Below are positions 24,094-37,300 of a stretch of DNA of 64,000 bases, in pieces; within the stretch, counting starts at the first letter, position 1, and every line of letters starts with the position of its first letter. The position numbers and the translations under genes were made by a program. The DNA is taken from NCBI RefSeq assembly GCF_002571385.2, contig NW_019218559.1, positions 44,327 through 108,326 on the forward strand. The letters run 5' to 3'. The DNA comes from Stylophora pistillata (lineage: Eukaryota). The notes beneath the pieces are model-generated. The model was not told the DNA's origin. It made no database searches and was given only the letters and a program-made list of their open reading frames with translations.

Positions 24094-27000
24094 ATGTTGA
24101 TCTCATTCTCATCGCTGATCTTTCTGATTTACTGCGCTTACTTTAGCCAAGAGAGAGAGATGAGCTTACAGGAAGGAATAACTGGTAGGTGACCAAGTTA
24201 GCTGACAAGCTATATGCTTACTGTGGTGCCTTCTCGTAACATTTTGCTATTATCTTTTTCGTGTGGATACCACTGAAGGCGAGCCAAGGGCCTTCAACTC
24301 AAAAAGAATTTCTCAGTGAGAAGAACATGTTGCATAAAACTTGTAATTTATAATAGCAGATTGAAATTCGGTGGTCTTTCTTTACTGTTATTCGCTTAAT
24401 TGTATTCATCAACGGTTTCTGAAAGCTAAGTCGTGGAGCTTACGTTTCTGGAATATAGATTTATTTGTGACACTAAACTAGTCACTTGTCTTGAGATGGA
24501 GCCTAAGGTTGGCGAGGTCGAACAACCCCAAATTTTTGTTCAGCAGGCAAATGAATTTGTATTTCTATCATCTAGAGTCTATGATCGACTCGAAAAAGTT
24601 AAGGCGTCTCCCATTTTCCCTCTGCGCCTCTCGTCGCCTTTGTTCAGTTGTTAAAATACGTAAAACAAAGGCCTATTCTGCGCATAGATTTATCAAGAAG
24701 AAGAAAAAAAATTGTGTTTGTTTTAACCCAGGTAAGAGGGACAAAAAGACAATGGCCAAATTTATCCAAACAAATAAATCTTTTCTTTTGTTACCCTTAC
24801 AATGATGTGAAGAAATTCTCAATGGTCGATTGCTGACAAAAACTAAACAGGTTTGTCAGCAATCGACGCGAATGCTATGCTTTATTTGGGGAGGGTCAAA
24901 AAACAACGTTTGATTCATATATCTCTTGTTTCAACCACTGAAATTCAGACAGGAAAAGTGTCAGTGTTATTTTATGAGGCATTCACTATTGCTTCTGCAT
25001 TCAGCAGGATTAGAAACCCTCAGTGATGAAAACAACTCCAGCACCAAGCGGGCAGGTCTGTATAATTGAATGTCAATCTCTATACTGTTTCGCTTCGCCT
25101 AGCCCAAAAGTACATACAGGTATCAATTTAGTATGTGGACAAGCAACACATTTTGACAGATCGGGTAAGGGTCGCTAGCGATCGATTTGAAAATAAATGT
25201 ATATCAAAAACAGGTTTGAAGAGATAAATCGTTACATGCAGTATATGCAGCGAAATCTATTTCCCAAATGAAAGCTAGATGCAAACGCTGAGATAATTAC
25301 GTAACAACAAATTAAAGAAAGCGGCCCTCATAGGACATGCTGACTAAATTAAATTCTTAAGGATCTAACCGGTACGACTGAATAGAAAATTCGGTTGTGT
25401 TATAAAAACATACACGGAACCGCACATTAGTGTTACTAACAGAAGGTCAGAGTCAACTGGTCGCTGTGAAACCTCTGGTTTTTATGTGACACCTAGGAAG
25501 TTTGTTTGCTTTAATTTACTCCAACATAATACCAACTAAGAGGCCCCTGGATTAGATCCTGCACATGGGCACAATTGGGACAATCACGTGTTGCACTCTT
25601 GAACAGCAACTTACTTTAATTCAATACGCATTTCCGCGCGCGCCGGCAACAAACACGACAACAGTGGTATCATGAACAGCACGAAATGATGCGAAGGTGT
25701 TTTGAACATCAAACAGAACCTTTGTTATCTAAAATGCCCATGCGCTGTCATTAGGAGTATTTGCAAGATTTTCTCAGGTCGACGGAAAGAAGTATCTTCA
25801 TTTCCCTTGTTTCTTCACAGCTTGTGAGGATCTAAACAGCTACTGTAACATCTACAAGCCTTACTGTAAACACATAGAATATGTAGACTTTGTCAAAGTC
25901 AACTGTAAGAAGACCTGTGACCTCTGTCCGAAAGGTAATTTTTGATCATTCAAGAGCTTTAACCGCTGGTGGTCTCAATATCTACTTGAAGTACACGTCT
26001 CTGTTCAACTCCCCCTCAGATTTACCAGAAATACTGAAGAGAGCTTCTGTCTAAAGCGTATCACCCTTACAAAAATGTACAACTTAGGAGCTATGTGAAA
26101 TAGCAAACGTGTATCTGGTAAGGCGACTTAACACATCGCATAAAGAACAATGCAATTGCGTAAAAGTTCCACAGATGCTGTTTTTCGGTCGAAGAGTGCT
26201 CATATATCCATTATACAGACGAGAGGAAACGAGGAAGATCCTTTCACAAGTCAGAAAGACTGAAATAAAATAATTATCCATAGTAATTACAAGAGCTCCC
26301 AGCTACATACTTTGTTCTTCGAGCACTTTCTGCTCTATCATTCTCCAGTCACCTCAGCTCTCAGTGAGATCTTCAAGGGGTGGGTTACCAATTGTTTCGT
26401 ACCCACGATCGTTTCGTACCCAGTCGCTTCGTACCCAACTAGGACCATTCGTACCCAGCCAGTCGAGTCATATCGTACCATATCAATAAAGTATGTTTTC
26501 CGTGTTAAGTATGTTTAAGGTAAGGGCAGTTTCTTAATTTAAATTGCATTATTACCTGCATTAAATCCAGTTTTAATTTATGTAGCGTCCATTTCTTACA
26601 CGCGACTACCGAATGTGAGACCTGAAACCGAAAATGCAATAGTTCAGTTTTTTCTGCTTAGAGGGTCACGAGTATCCACCACAGAATTTCCCTTGAACTT
26701 GCATCTTTCTCGCTTGAATCGACCAACTGCAAACGTCGATATCTATTCACCCGCTCGCGCGGTATTTCAAATGAAAGTATACTGGGGCGGGTAAAAATCG
26801 ACCAGTGGTTCGGGCGCGAACCCACTCAAACTGGACACGAATCGGCTGAATCGGTTTAAGCTAGAACCGACCGTGGGACGGAACCACTGAATATCTCTGA
26901 GTATACCTGAATACTTTCGTTGTTTCTTATTTACAGCATGCTTAGACCGTGTTTCCTACTGTCACGTGATCAAGAACCGATGCACGGACCCTGTTATTGG

Positions 27001-30000
27001 AGGCTCAGTGAGGCGCTTTTGTGCAAAAACCTGTGGGGTGTGCGTAGGTACGAACGGCAAATTATAAATCCCTTCGAGTTATTGAACAAACCAACGAACG
27101 AGCACATAAATGTTTAAACTGAACATTGGTCAGGTTATTGTTAAACTATAGATTCAAGGCAAGCTAAGTGGTCTACGTTTTTTTTCAAGTACTCTTCATT
27201 ATATGAGCTTACTTCTTTAACAGGGAGGCTCCTCAAAAAAGGAGGACCTTTCAGACTATGGGGTGAACTCTCAGCTGTTGACGTAATGGTAAAGAATACT
27301 GGCGTTCAAATAAATAAAAGGGTCAAACGGCTACTGCAGCACAGCTGATCCAAAATTAGTTAAACTTACTCAGCTGAGGTAACTGCTGGGGATTTTGAGC
27401 GCTAATACGAAGGAAATCCTTGCGGAAACAAAGCGTCATGTATTTTGTTTTGATAATAAGCATTAACTGTACGAAAAGTTTTGTGTAACCATTTTGGATG
27501 CCGTGACGTTCCATGGTCACCAGTATCACTAGGGAAGGCTTTCCCGCTCTACATCTCAAAATAAAACATTCCCTAGTTCAATAAATTCATTTTTCATTCG
27601 TTTCCTTCAATTTTTAGTCACACCACCAACTATACCACCAACAACGATTCCTCGTACAGAACAGCCTATTGACCAGGGTAAGTTAACATACCTGTATCAA
27701 AGGTCGCAGCAGAAACGAGATTCATGCGTCCCCCATTCCATCCCCGTGATTAATGTCAACAATTTTCAGTTACAATAATGATTCGATTTAGAGCAAGGGC
27801 GCTTATTTTGTTATGGTACCTCTAGGAGGGGAGCTTATTCGAAACAGGGCGCTTATTAGGGGACAGGGCGCTCATTTTGTTTTTGAGAAACAGCAGAATA
27901 TGCGAAACAAAGCCTTGATGTTTATTTGAAAAGGAATAATAACAGAAACGGTATAAAAAACTTTTTTGAAATGATACTTTAAGTGAGCAATTAAAGGAAG
28001 ATAAATAGATAACGATCGAATCTTGACCACTGGGATGTCAAATTTCTCTACATTCCATGCACCATCTTAAAATGTTAAGTTCTCTCTCTAAAACGAACTT
28101 TTCAACGGGTGATCTCTGTTCTAAAAACTAACCATTACACTCTTCCCTTACTTAGGGAGCGTGGAATGTGGCAGGAAAGCGGTCGGTAGCAGAATTGTGG
28201 GGGGTACAAACGCACGGCCAGGGGCTTGGCCATGGCAGGTGACAATGGACTATAAGGGACATTCTGGTCCTCACTGGTGCGGTGGCTCAATAGTGACCCC
28301 GCATTATATCCTTACAGCTGCTCATTGCTTTGGTTCGGGCGATGACCCCAAGGATTACAGCATTGTTGCAGGTAGGGAAGAAGTTTGTTTTAACTTTCAT
28401 TTTTCTGGGTTCCAGCCCGATTTGCTGTCTAACAATAATTCTCCTCCGACGGGACCAATTAATGGGTCCTGGCGAGCTTTTAAAGAGGTTTGGCATAGTA
28501 ATAAGTGGTCACCATTATTGAAACATTATCTCGTACAGTTCATCACTAAAAAGCTCGAGAACAGCACTAATTCTGATCACTCCTGTCCGTGGAAAAAGTC
28601 AAATCTGTGGCGCGAGTAAAAAAAGAGTTAATAAAAAAGAAAGTTGATGTTTGCACACCCTAACGTGAACTCTTTTCGAGCGCCTCACTTCCAGATATCA
28701 GTGCGACGCGCTAGCATCAATTTTTTTCTGGCTACTTTTTTTACGACTGACGCGACGGACTCCGCCGAAAGGGAGGGACTGCTCATTATCTAAAAGAAAC
28801 CAGACTTACTTCCAACTATTCTTTAAAAACGATATTTAAGTTCTCTCCAAAGCAGGAGAGCAATACTTCCTCGTGATTTTAGGATTTATGCCAGTATCTA
28901 AACAACTGCGCACCTACCTCTCCCCTAACACAACATTCCTGCAAAGTTGTTAACTCATTGTTGTTGGGTTGGGAGGGGGAGGGGTAGGAGCGCAGTACCT
29001 CAGATACTATATTAATCCTGATATTTCAGGTGAACATGATCTTAACACAGTGGACGGATTTGAACAAAATACGACAATACAGGAGATCATCATACATCCT
29101 AAATACAACAGGATTGCGAATCACGACTACGATGTGGCACTGGTCAAACTAAAAAACCCCATAAGGTACAACAATCACGTACGACCCGTGTGCCTGGCTA
29201 AATCAGACTTTGACTCCGGAACAAATTGTTATGTAACTGGATGGGGTTACACTTCCGAGGATGGAAGCATTGCACAGGTTAGTGATAAACATGAAGTTGG
29301 AGGAGGGGAGGAGAGGAAAAAGGGAGGGAGGGGCGAGAGGGCACGCGTGAATCATGTAATAAGATTTGTATGATATTAGTTAGTTACCAAACGCACTCCA
29401 AGTACTGCCGCCCCTCCCATCCCCCTTCCCCCCCACGCCACTCCCTGTACGGTTCAGTAGTGCGAGCTCAAGCTCAACTGTTCCGAAATGATCGGGTCTC
29501 GTCAACATGGCATAGCAACACCAAATGAGTCACCAAGGCGAAATGACAATGTTTAACTAGCCACAGATGCGAGTAAACGAGGCCTCCTGGAGAAATCCAG
29601 AAATGCCGACGTTACGATGAATAACTCGTGAACATACCACAATCGTTTTTAGAAAGATGTGCATGGCAAATTCCAGGGTGAAATAACAACAAATTGGTTG
29701 AAAATCGTTCGGACAAAAAATTTAATTGGGCTAACCTGTGACAATGTCGAATCCGCAACAAAAGTGAATGAGCTATCATACCTTACACCATTTGTGTTAT
29801 CTGCCACTTCCAGATTTTGCAGCAAGCAATAGTACCCCTTGTGTCACGTGAAAAATGTCAAGAAGGATACAACGACTTGGGATACAAAATATCAACGCGC
29901 ATGCGTTGTGCAGGCTACAGTGAGGGAAAAATTGACGCATGCCAAGGAGACAGTGGTGGACCACTGGTGTGCGTAAGGAACGACAAGTGGTATCTTATGG

Positions 30001-30122
30001 GTGTCATCAGCTGGGGACAAGGATGCGCGCGCAAAGGAAGATATGGAGTGTACGCTGACATGATGGATCTCAAGTTCTGGGTCCAACAAACCATTAATAA
30101 AGGATATCAAAGTAAAATATGA
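24094..30122 (+). CDS. Secreted S1A trypsin-like serine protease with two N-terminal ShKT domains (8 exons, ~398 aa)
   Basis: Exons 24094-24184 (signal peptide MLISFSSLIFLIYCAYFS), 25008-25055 (propeptide ...SSTKRA), 25821-25934 (ShKT1 CEDLNSYC...NCKKTCDLC), 26937-27047 (ShKT2 CLDRVSYC...FCAKTCGVC), 27618-27677 (PT linker), 28156-28371, 29030-29277, 29814-30122. R/IVGG, TAAHC, DYDVAL, DACQGDSGGP. The first two exons are less certain than the rest. Confidence 0.9.
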
Positions 30123-31377
30123 ACAGGAAATATTGTTTTCCTTTGATTTCAAAACATCGTGAATAAAAATATCTAAATAAAACGTTATTCAATGGAGTGT
30201 CTAGAATTTAATTTGCTTGAACATCAGATGAAAAAAACATTTTTGCGAGTCATAAACTTTTACAAACGGAAAAGAATAACGCACAAACCTTTTTAAGGCT
30301 AAAATTTTTGTCATTCGTTTTACTTATTCATCATTTACTTCCTTTCTTGGCCCTGATTCAATCACTTTAACAGCAGTTTACGACCTTTAACTTGTGATTC
30401 TCAATTCGTCACTCATAGACACAAAATAAAATTGGAGTTTAGTTGAACAATTATTCATAAATAAATAATTAGTTAGCTAGAAATTACCAAAAAAAAACCC
30501 CGCTTTTTTAAGCCTTTCGATGTTCAGGTCGCTTAGACGTTCTTGAAAGCAATGCAAATCAATTTTATACAAAGGTAATTTTAGAGATACAACAATTTGG
30601 GAATTAACCTCGACCCCATTTCTTCAAATTATCTTGTTTTTATCCAATTTCCTTTTCGTTATCGTTGCTCACCGATATATCCGCCTCCTAACTGTCAAAG
30701 CTAAGTAGCTTAGATTACCCCTCAACGAATCCAAAGCGTTTTGATACCGTTCAGCGCACTTTAGAGAAAACTACGTTCGTTATTAAAGAAACCTATACGA
30801 CTCTTTGTTTTCCACCGTTTTTATAAAACGCACGTTCTGCACTGCGCCTACCGCCTACCATTACCTCAATGTCACGCAATTCAATTGCAGCTCCGATCCC
30901 TTGTGAAAGGAGGGAAAACACTCGAAACAAACGTGAAAAGAGCGATGACCCAGCGAGGAACCTTACTAACGAATGAACTAACGGAAAAAAAATGCGCTAC
31001 ATAACATCTCAGCAGTACTATAGAAGAGTCACTCTTTTATCTAGTCGATGCGAGAGAGAAAGTCAATTGACTGTGAATCGATGTGACGAAAATTTGGTAA
31101 TTCTCTGCTTGACACTTGAGGCTAAATTATTTTTTGTCGAATACGTGATGTGATGTAAAGAGAACTCAAATAATTTTATAAAGCGCGCAAAATATGCTGG
31201 GTGGGTAATTTCCGCTCGAGGACGGAAAGGCATTGTGGATCGTGTATTTGGGGGTGGATTTGAATTTGAGAGATCGCCGACGGCTTGCTCGTGCTGTCTT
31301 TGTTTAATAACATTTCATTGTGCTTTTACAAATACACAGGATTTGTCCCGAAGAGGATTTCTAACTCCAGAACATCA

Positions 31378-34300
31378 ATGGGTATGTAAGATCGCAAACC
31401 AAAGTCAAGAATTAATTTTTACAGTCCTCGAATACCTCGCGATTTTAAAGTTTAGAGCTCAGTACATTTCGAGTTGTTTTCTTAAGGATATCTTTTATCT
31501 TAGACAGGGAATCCTCGCTGCGCTGTTTACGATGTAAGAAGGTTTGCACAGGAGAATCGCTGCGAGTCAACGATCAGCTCTTTCATGCCGACTGCCTCGT
31601 TTGCTTGGGTAAGTAAAACAGTAACGAACGCAGATTTGTAGCGAAATTTTTGCCTCCAATCGCGTATCGCGTGTCATCGCTATTCATTCGGCACAGAAAT
31701 TTGCATGTTTGAAATTCACGTCATTTTTTTGTCTTTAAAATGGACGATCTCTGGCAGTTCAAATGTAGTATTAACAACTATTTTGCGGGATTAGAATATT
31801 GGATACGTTTCGCATAAAATGAAGGCATGTATCCCGTGTGATTGTTTAGTGCTTGTCGTCGATATGTGTCTACAGCACTGCATAGGCTTTAAAAATGCTT
31901 TAAAATTGTCTTAAAAGGTTCGTATCGCAAATTTATTTTTAAATAAATAATCAAATGGCTAACGTCTGAGTGGTAAATCTTTTAAAGGCGATTATCTGAT
32001 GTGACGCCTTATTTTCCGATCCGCTGTAATTTTATTTAAGGATCTCGACCTACGGGAAAAAGGCAGCGAAATCGAATTTTCTGTAATGAAAATTGCACGA
32101 AACGTTTTCAAAGGCATCATTATTATTCATGATATTCATATGCAACTCAAGTCGTTGTTTATATTTCCACCCTCAAAGCTAACAAAATAAAACTGCAGGT
32201 ATTGTTTGGCGCCATTAAGCATTTTAAAACATTGTAATTATTTGTTCGCCGTTTTCAGTTCGGCGTTAATTTGAAGTGTGTTGGAGCCAGTACCAGCATG
32301 TGTAGACAAGTTTAACTGAAAGTTTAACCTTCGTGTTAAATGGCCCGAGAAATGCATATTAACGCGTAATAAACGAATTTGAACTTCACTATTCCTGAAC
32401 TGTGAACTTCGAAACTCAAAAAACCAGAAGAAAACTTTTTTTTTGAAAAAATGTCATCGATTAAATGTACTGAATGCTTTTATTTGAACCCTCACCTTGA
32501 ACCCCAAGTTTAACGAGTAAAGCGTAGATTATTTAGTCTCAGTTTGATAGCAGTATCTCTTAGGAATTAATTAAGCCACGAGTGATATTGTCTTCACTAG
32601 ACCTTGATAGATTAATCAATCATGTGATGAAAGGAGTGATTGAATTACAAAGCGGGCAAGATAACTCTATTCGTTAGGGAAGGATAGTAAAGTTACGTGA
32701 GTTCATTTGAAAGTTGTAAAATAGACTTTCAGTCTTGATTGTTTTTAAAAATAAATAAATAAAAGTTGCAAACAGAAGGCTTTAACAAGGTTTTTTGCAA
32801 TTGCAAAGTTTTGAGCAATTGCAAAAATGTGTCAGTGAAAGAGACATTTCTTATCAAAATTTTCTTTGTGTGTTCTGACTCATACAGTATCATCCAGGAC
32901 ATCTCATTGAAGACAAAAAGATTTGAGCCGGGAGAATAATTATGAGCTCACTCATGCCTTGAAAATGTAATAAAACAATGCCTCCTTTTGGAATTCAGCT
33001 TATATTAATTGGCTTGTTGAAAGAACAAATTTATAAGATATTTGTCCACCTAACTATGTGCAAATTTAGATGTTTTGGCAAAAGTTTGGTGGCCCGAGTG
33101 AATTCTTTGTTGTATCATATGGCCAAGGGCTGGACTGGTTTCCAGTGTCTAGCATTATCTTTTCTAATAGTTTAGCCTGGCCAGTCATCCATGCACTGAA
33201 ACCACTTCAAATGCAGCCACTGTTTTCTGAAACTAATTATTTTTTGAGATATTGGCTGCATTTGGTATTCTTATGACCTAGGACACCGATGCTCTGTGGG
33301 ATAATGAAGGTATAATGAAGTCTGACAATATACTACAGTAAAATATATAAATTATGGGTTCGAAAATCATTATTACGACATTTTATAACTTCTCTAAACA
33401 ATTTTCGGTACTGAGAGGGATAATCCGTGTAACAATCAAAGCTTCTAAGGTTGACGATCAATTTCTTTATTCTCATGATTTTAATGAATGATTCAGCAGT
33501 TTTACTGTAAGGAGAAATAAGGTGCTGGTCTCTCCTATTACCTTCTGGTTTTATGCACTGCAAAATGTCCATTTGTTTCCAGTGTTATAGAAGAGAGATG
33601 CTTTGTTTAAACTATTCTCAGAAAGTAATACCAATACTTTGTCCCACAAATGGGTGATGATGAACAGACAAAGCTTTACACCCTAACATCAGTATGCATA
33701 TTCTCCATACTGTTCTCTTTACATTTCCTAAGGTGCTGACAAGGAGAATTTGTTTAATAATCAAGAGCTCCTTTAGTTCATGATCATTTCCTTTATTCTC
33801 GTGACCGGAAGCTGTGAATCAGGAGTGATATTGAAAGGAAAAAATAGGACTTCATTCACTCATAGGGTTAAAGGTTGAGGGTGTTCTCTCCATAAAACTC
33901 CAAATACTCTCAGCTAGATCTAATGTACAAGGAATTGTTTTATGACTTTAGAGAAAATCTAATGGTTAATGGGTGATGCAATTGTAACATCAAAATGCAT
34001 TTGAATTTTGCAGGGAAATTCTAGAATAGCAACCTTAATTACATGCACTTAATTAAATCTAGTATTGACCCACAAAATTTTGCTTGATTAGCTTGAAGTG
34101 CCTCATGAAATGTATTTGCTTAGTCCTTTCAATACAAAGATCTAATATCTGATTCCTATCAATTGTTGAGATCACAATATACTGTGTGATCAATAGTGTT
34201 TGGTTTGATTGCTAATATTAAGATGTTGGCATGACTTGAAAACTATGTACCCCAGTTCATCATATTAGTAACTCACATTAACTTTCTAGACACCAACAAC

Positions 34301-37300
34301 TCTTGCCATAACAGAGGTATATAATTATATGCATCTGCCACCAGTAGACGCAATACAAGAATAACATCAAATGCTATAACCACTTCATCCTAAAAAGTAT
34401 TTTTATTGTTATTTGATTAAAACAGTTTGCGGCAAGGATTTGGCAAATATAGGTTTTTTTGTGCAAAGCAACCAGTATTACTGTCCAGAAGACTTCCAGG
34501 AACGTTTTGGTACAAAATGCTTCATTTGTCATCTGTTTGTGGAAGGAGAAGGAATTAACGTTGGCAACAATGCATATCATGTACGATGCTTTGTTTGTAC
34601 TGGTTGCAGGTGAGGTTTTTTTTAATGTTCTCTTAAAGTTTGTACTTCAAGCACACTGATTTTACTGTAAACTGCTGTATATAAACCATGGACCTATACA
34701 ACTTCATAAGTGGTTTTAAGAGGGCCTATAAATGGATTAGGGCTTACATCAGAGGGGGCTGATATAACCTGAATGCAAGAAGCACTCTGACTCAAGCTTT
34801 AGCAGTGTTGATCAAAAGATAATTTTGCATTTACTGTCAGTGGCAGAGTATCTTGTAATCCTTCATTTGATGTCAAAAAATACAACTATCTCACACCGCT
34901 CATTCGGTGCATTCAGTGTATTCAATCACTATGTTTTGCATTTGTTGCAGAAATCCATTTCCTCCAGGTGAGAAAGTTGTTGCAAAAGGCAACCATTACC
35001 TCTGCCAGCAGTGTAGCACTGCAAAGGAAATAAACGATGATTCAAGAGGACACAAACTGGATAGTAAGTTCAACTGAAAGTTGACCAAGGGAAAGTCAAG
35101 TTAACCCTTTACAGTAATGTTTATACATTACCCAGCAAAGAGTTAATCAGAATACTCAAAGTTATCAGGTAGAAGGTATTATCTTGATCTCGCACCAAAT
35201 TCTCACAACTAATTTACAAGAAAATGGGTAGCAGTTAGAGGAGAGAATTAACACTCGGATCTTGGGAATTAGAGGGTTAAAATAGTTCTAAAGGTTTTAC
35301 ACCTTTAGATGTCAGATAGAATTCAAACCACTATGTGTACATTTATTGAATAGTTAGCTTTCCTGCTTCAATTTTTTATTCTGGAAATTTCTCCTTAGGG
35401 TGTGCAGGCTGCGAGGAAGATATTCGCAGTGGCCAGTCGTTGTTAGCCCTGGAGAAACAGTGGCATCTTTGGTGTTTTACATGTACAAAATGTGGTTGCC
35501 TGCTGGCTGGAGAGTACATGGGCAGGTTAGTTATATGAAATGTACCAGTAATTACTATTTCATTTTCAATTGGCTGTTTTTCCTTGTTTGTGCACAATAC
35601 TACTTGCTTAGATTTAGAGTCAATCTTTTTGCCACAATGTGTGTTCTGTTGAGATCAACCATTTTAGCTGTGCCACTTTAGCTCAGCCCAGCTGCAGTTT
35701 TTTATCCAACACACAGAGGAGAGGTGACATTGTTTTTCTCAGTAAGTCCTTAATTCTTATCAAGTGCTTTAAACAGGAGCGTCATTGCTCAAAAGATTGG
35801 GCGACCATTTTCCACATCATCAACAATAAATGAATTATTACATGACATACAATCTTCTTCATGAAATATATGAAAGCAATCCTTGCAGTAATGAACCCTT
35901 ACTTATTTAGTAGTGGAAATAAGGCCTGTGAAGATCACTTTCATACATTTCATGAAACTGCAGTACACATAAATTATATGATTTTCACTGATATTTCAAA
36001 TTCATTGTTCATCTTCTTCATGTTTCTCTGAATAAATTCTTAGCTTTAAGTAGTAAATTGTGATGGATAGGAGGTCTACAAGTTTATTTTTGTTTTGTTT
36101 TGTTTTTTTCTTTTCAGGGATGGAAAACCTTACTGTGAGAAAGATTATCAAGCAGAGTTTGGTGTGACTTGTGCTGGCTGTGGTGGATATATCATTGGAA
36201 AGGTCCTACAGGTAAAGGAACAATGCAGCCATATTCAAATAGTTTGGGTAAACACTGTCAAGGGAGGTTAGAATTGAGCAAAGATAGGAGGCAGAGGTCA
36301 GATTCAACAGGGGGGGGAAGCTGGCCTCAAGGATGGATGATATTAGCATGAACTACAAATTGCACATTTGAGAAAGTTGTGCTTGGTTATACAAGATCCA
36401 CAAATTGTTTTGTACTGGTATTTCTTCAATCAGATTTGTTGAGTATTTTGTTGAAGACTGTCAGAAAGTAATTTGTAAACCAATCAGCCTTAAACCAATG
36501 GTGCAGCTCTCTTTTGCCATTCCCCAGTTGTTTGTGCTATTCCCATTAGGGACAATTGTGATAGAATCACAAGAATTGTGGGCTGATTTGTTTATTTCAG
36601 GCTGGTGAAAAACATTATCACCCTCAGTGTTCACGCTGCGCAAGGTGTCATGGAGTGTTTGGTGAGGGACAAGAGATGTTTCTGCAAGGTAAGGAGATAC
36701 AATATATGGATCTGCTGTGGAAACTTTATTGTCCAAATTATTACAATTTTTTGTAAGTGTGCTGGCCTGGTAGTGGCAGTGAATTTTACCTTTGGAATTG
36801 ATACACTTTTGAAAAATCTCAGCCCTATTGCTAAATTGAGACGCTAAACTAGCTAGAGTAATCAAGGGAGAATCTTTCAAACTTTATCCACATCAATGGG
36901 GTGGTGGAATTTTGTGGTAAAAGTTTAGTTAGCTAGATTCTAGTCACAGCCAGGTAACTAATCCCTTCTCATGTCACATTGGTTTTGAAAAGAATGAGGA
37001 TGGCAGTCAAGATCTCAATGACCAACCCAGTCAAGTTGTCCTCACTCGTCACTCGTATGAGGCCCTCTGTGTGATCAATTGATGATGTCTCTCAAATTTG
37101 TGTACAGGATCTGAAATTTGGCATCCAGATTGTAGTTATGCAGCAGCGCAGAATGGTGAACTGGAAACAGACTCTGTAAGTTACCCATCAAAACTAAAAT
37201 AATCTCAAAAATGCATTATGTAAACGTAACTCATAGTTTTTTGGTAGTTGTTGAAATTGATGACTTCTGGTAAGTGAGGATGAAATAGATTATAAATGAT

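Noticed and set aside
34290-34316. 27-nt phase 1-1 candidate micro-exon in abLIM
   Set aside because: Weak donor and would split LIM1; no independent support.
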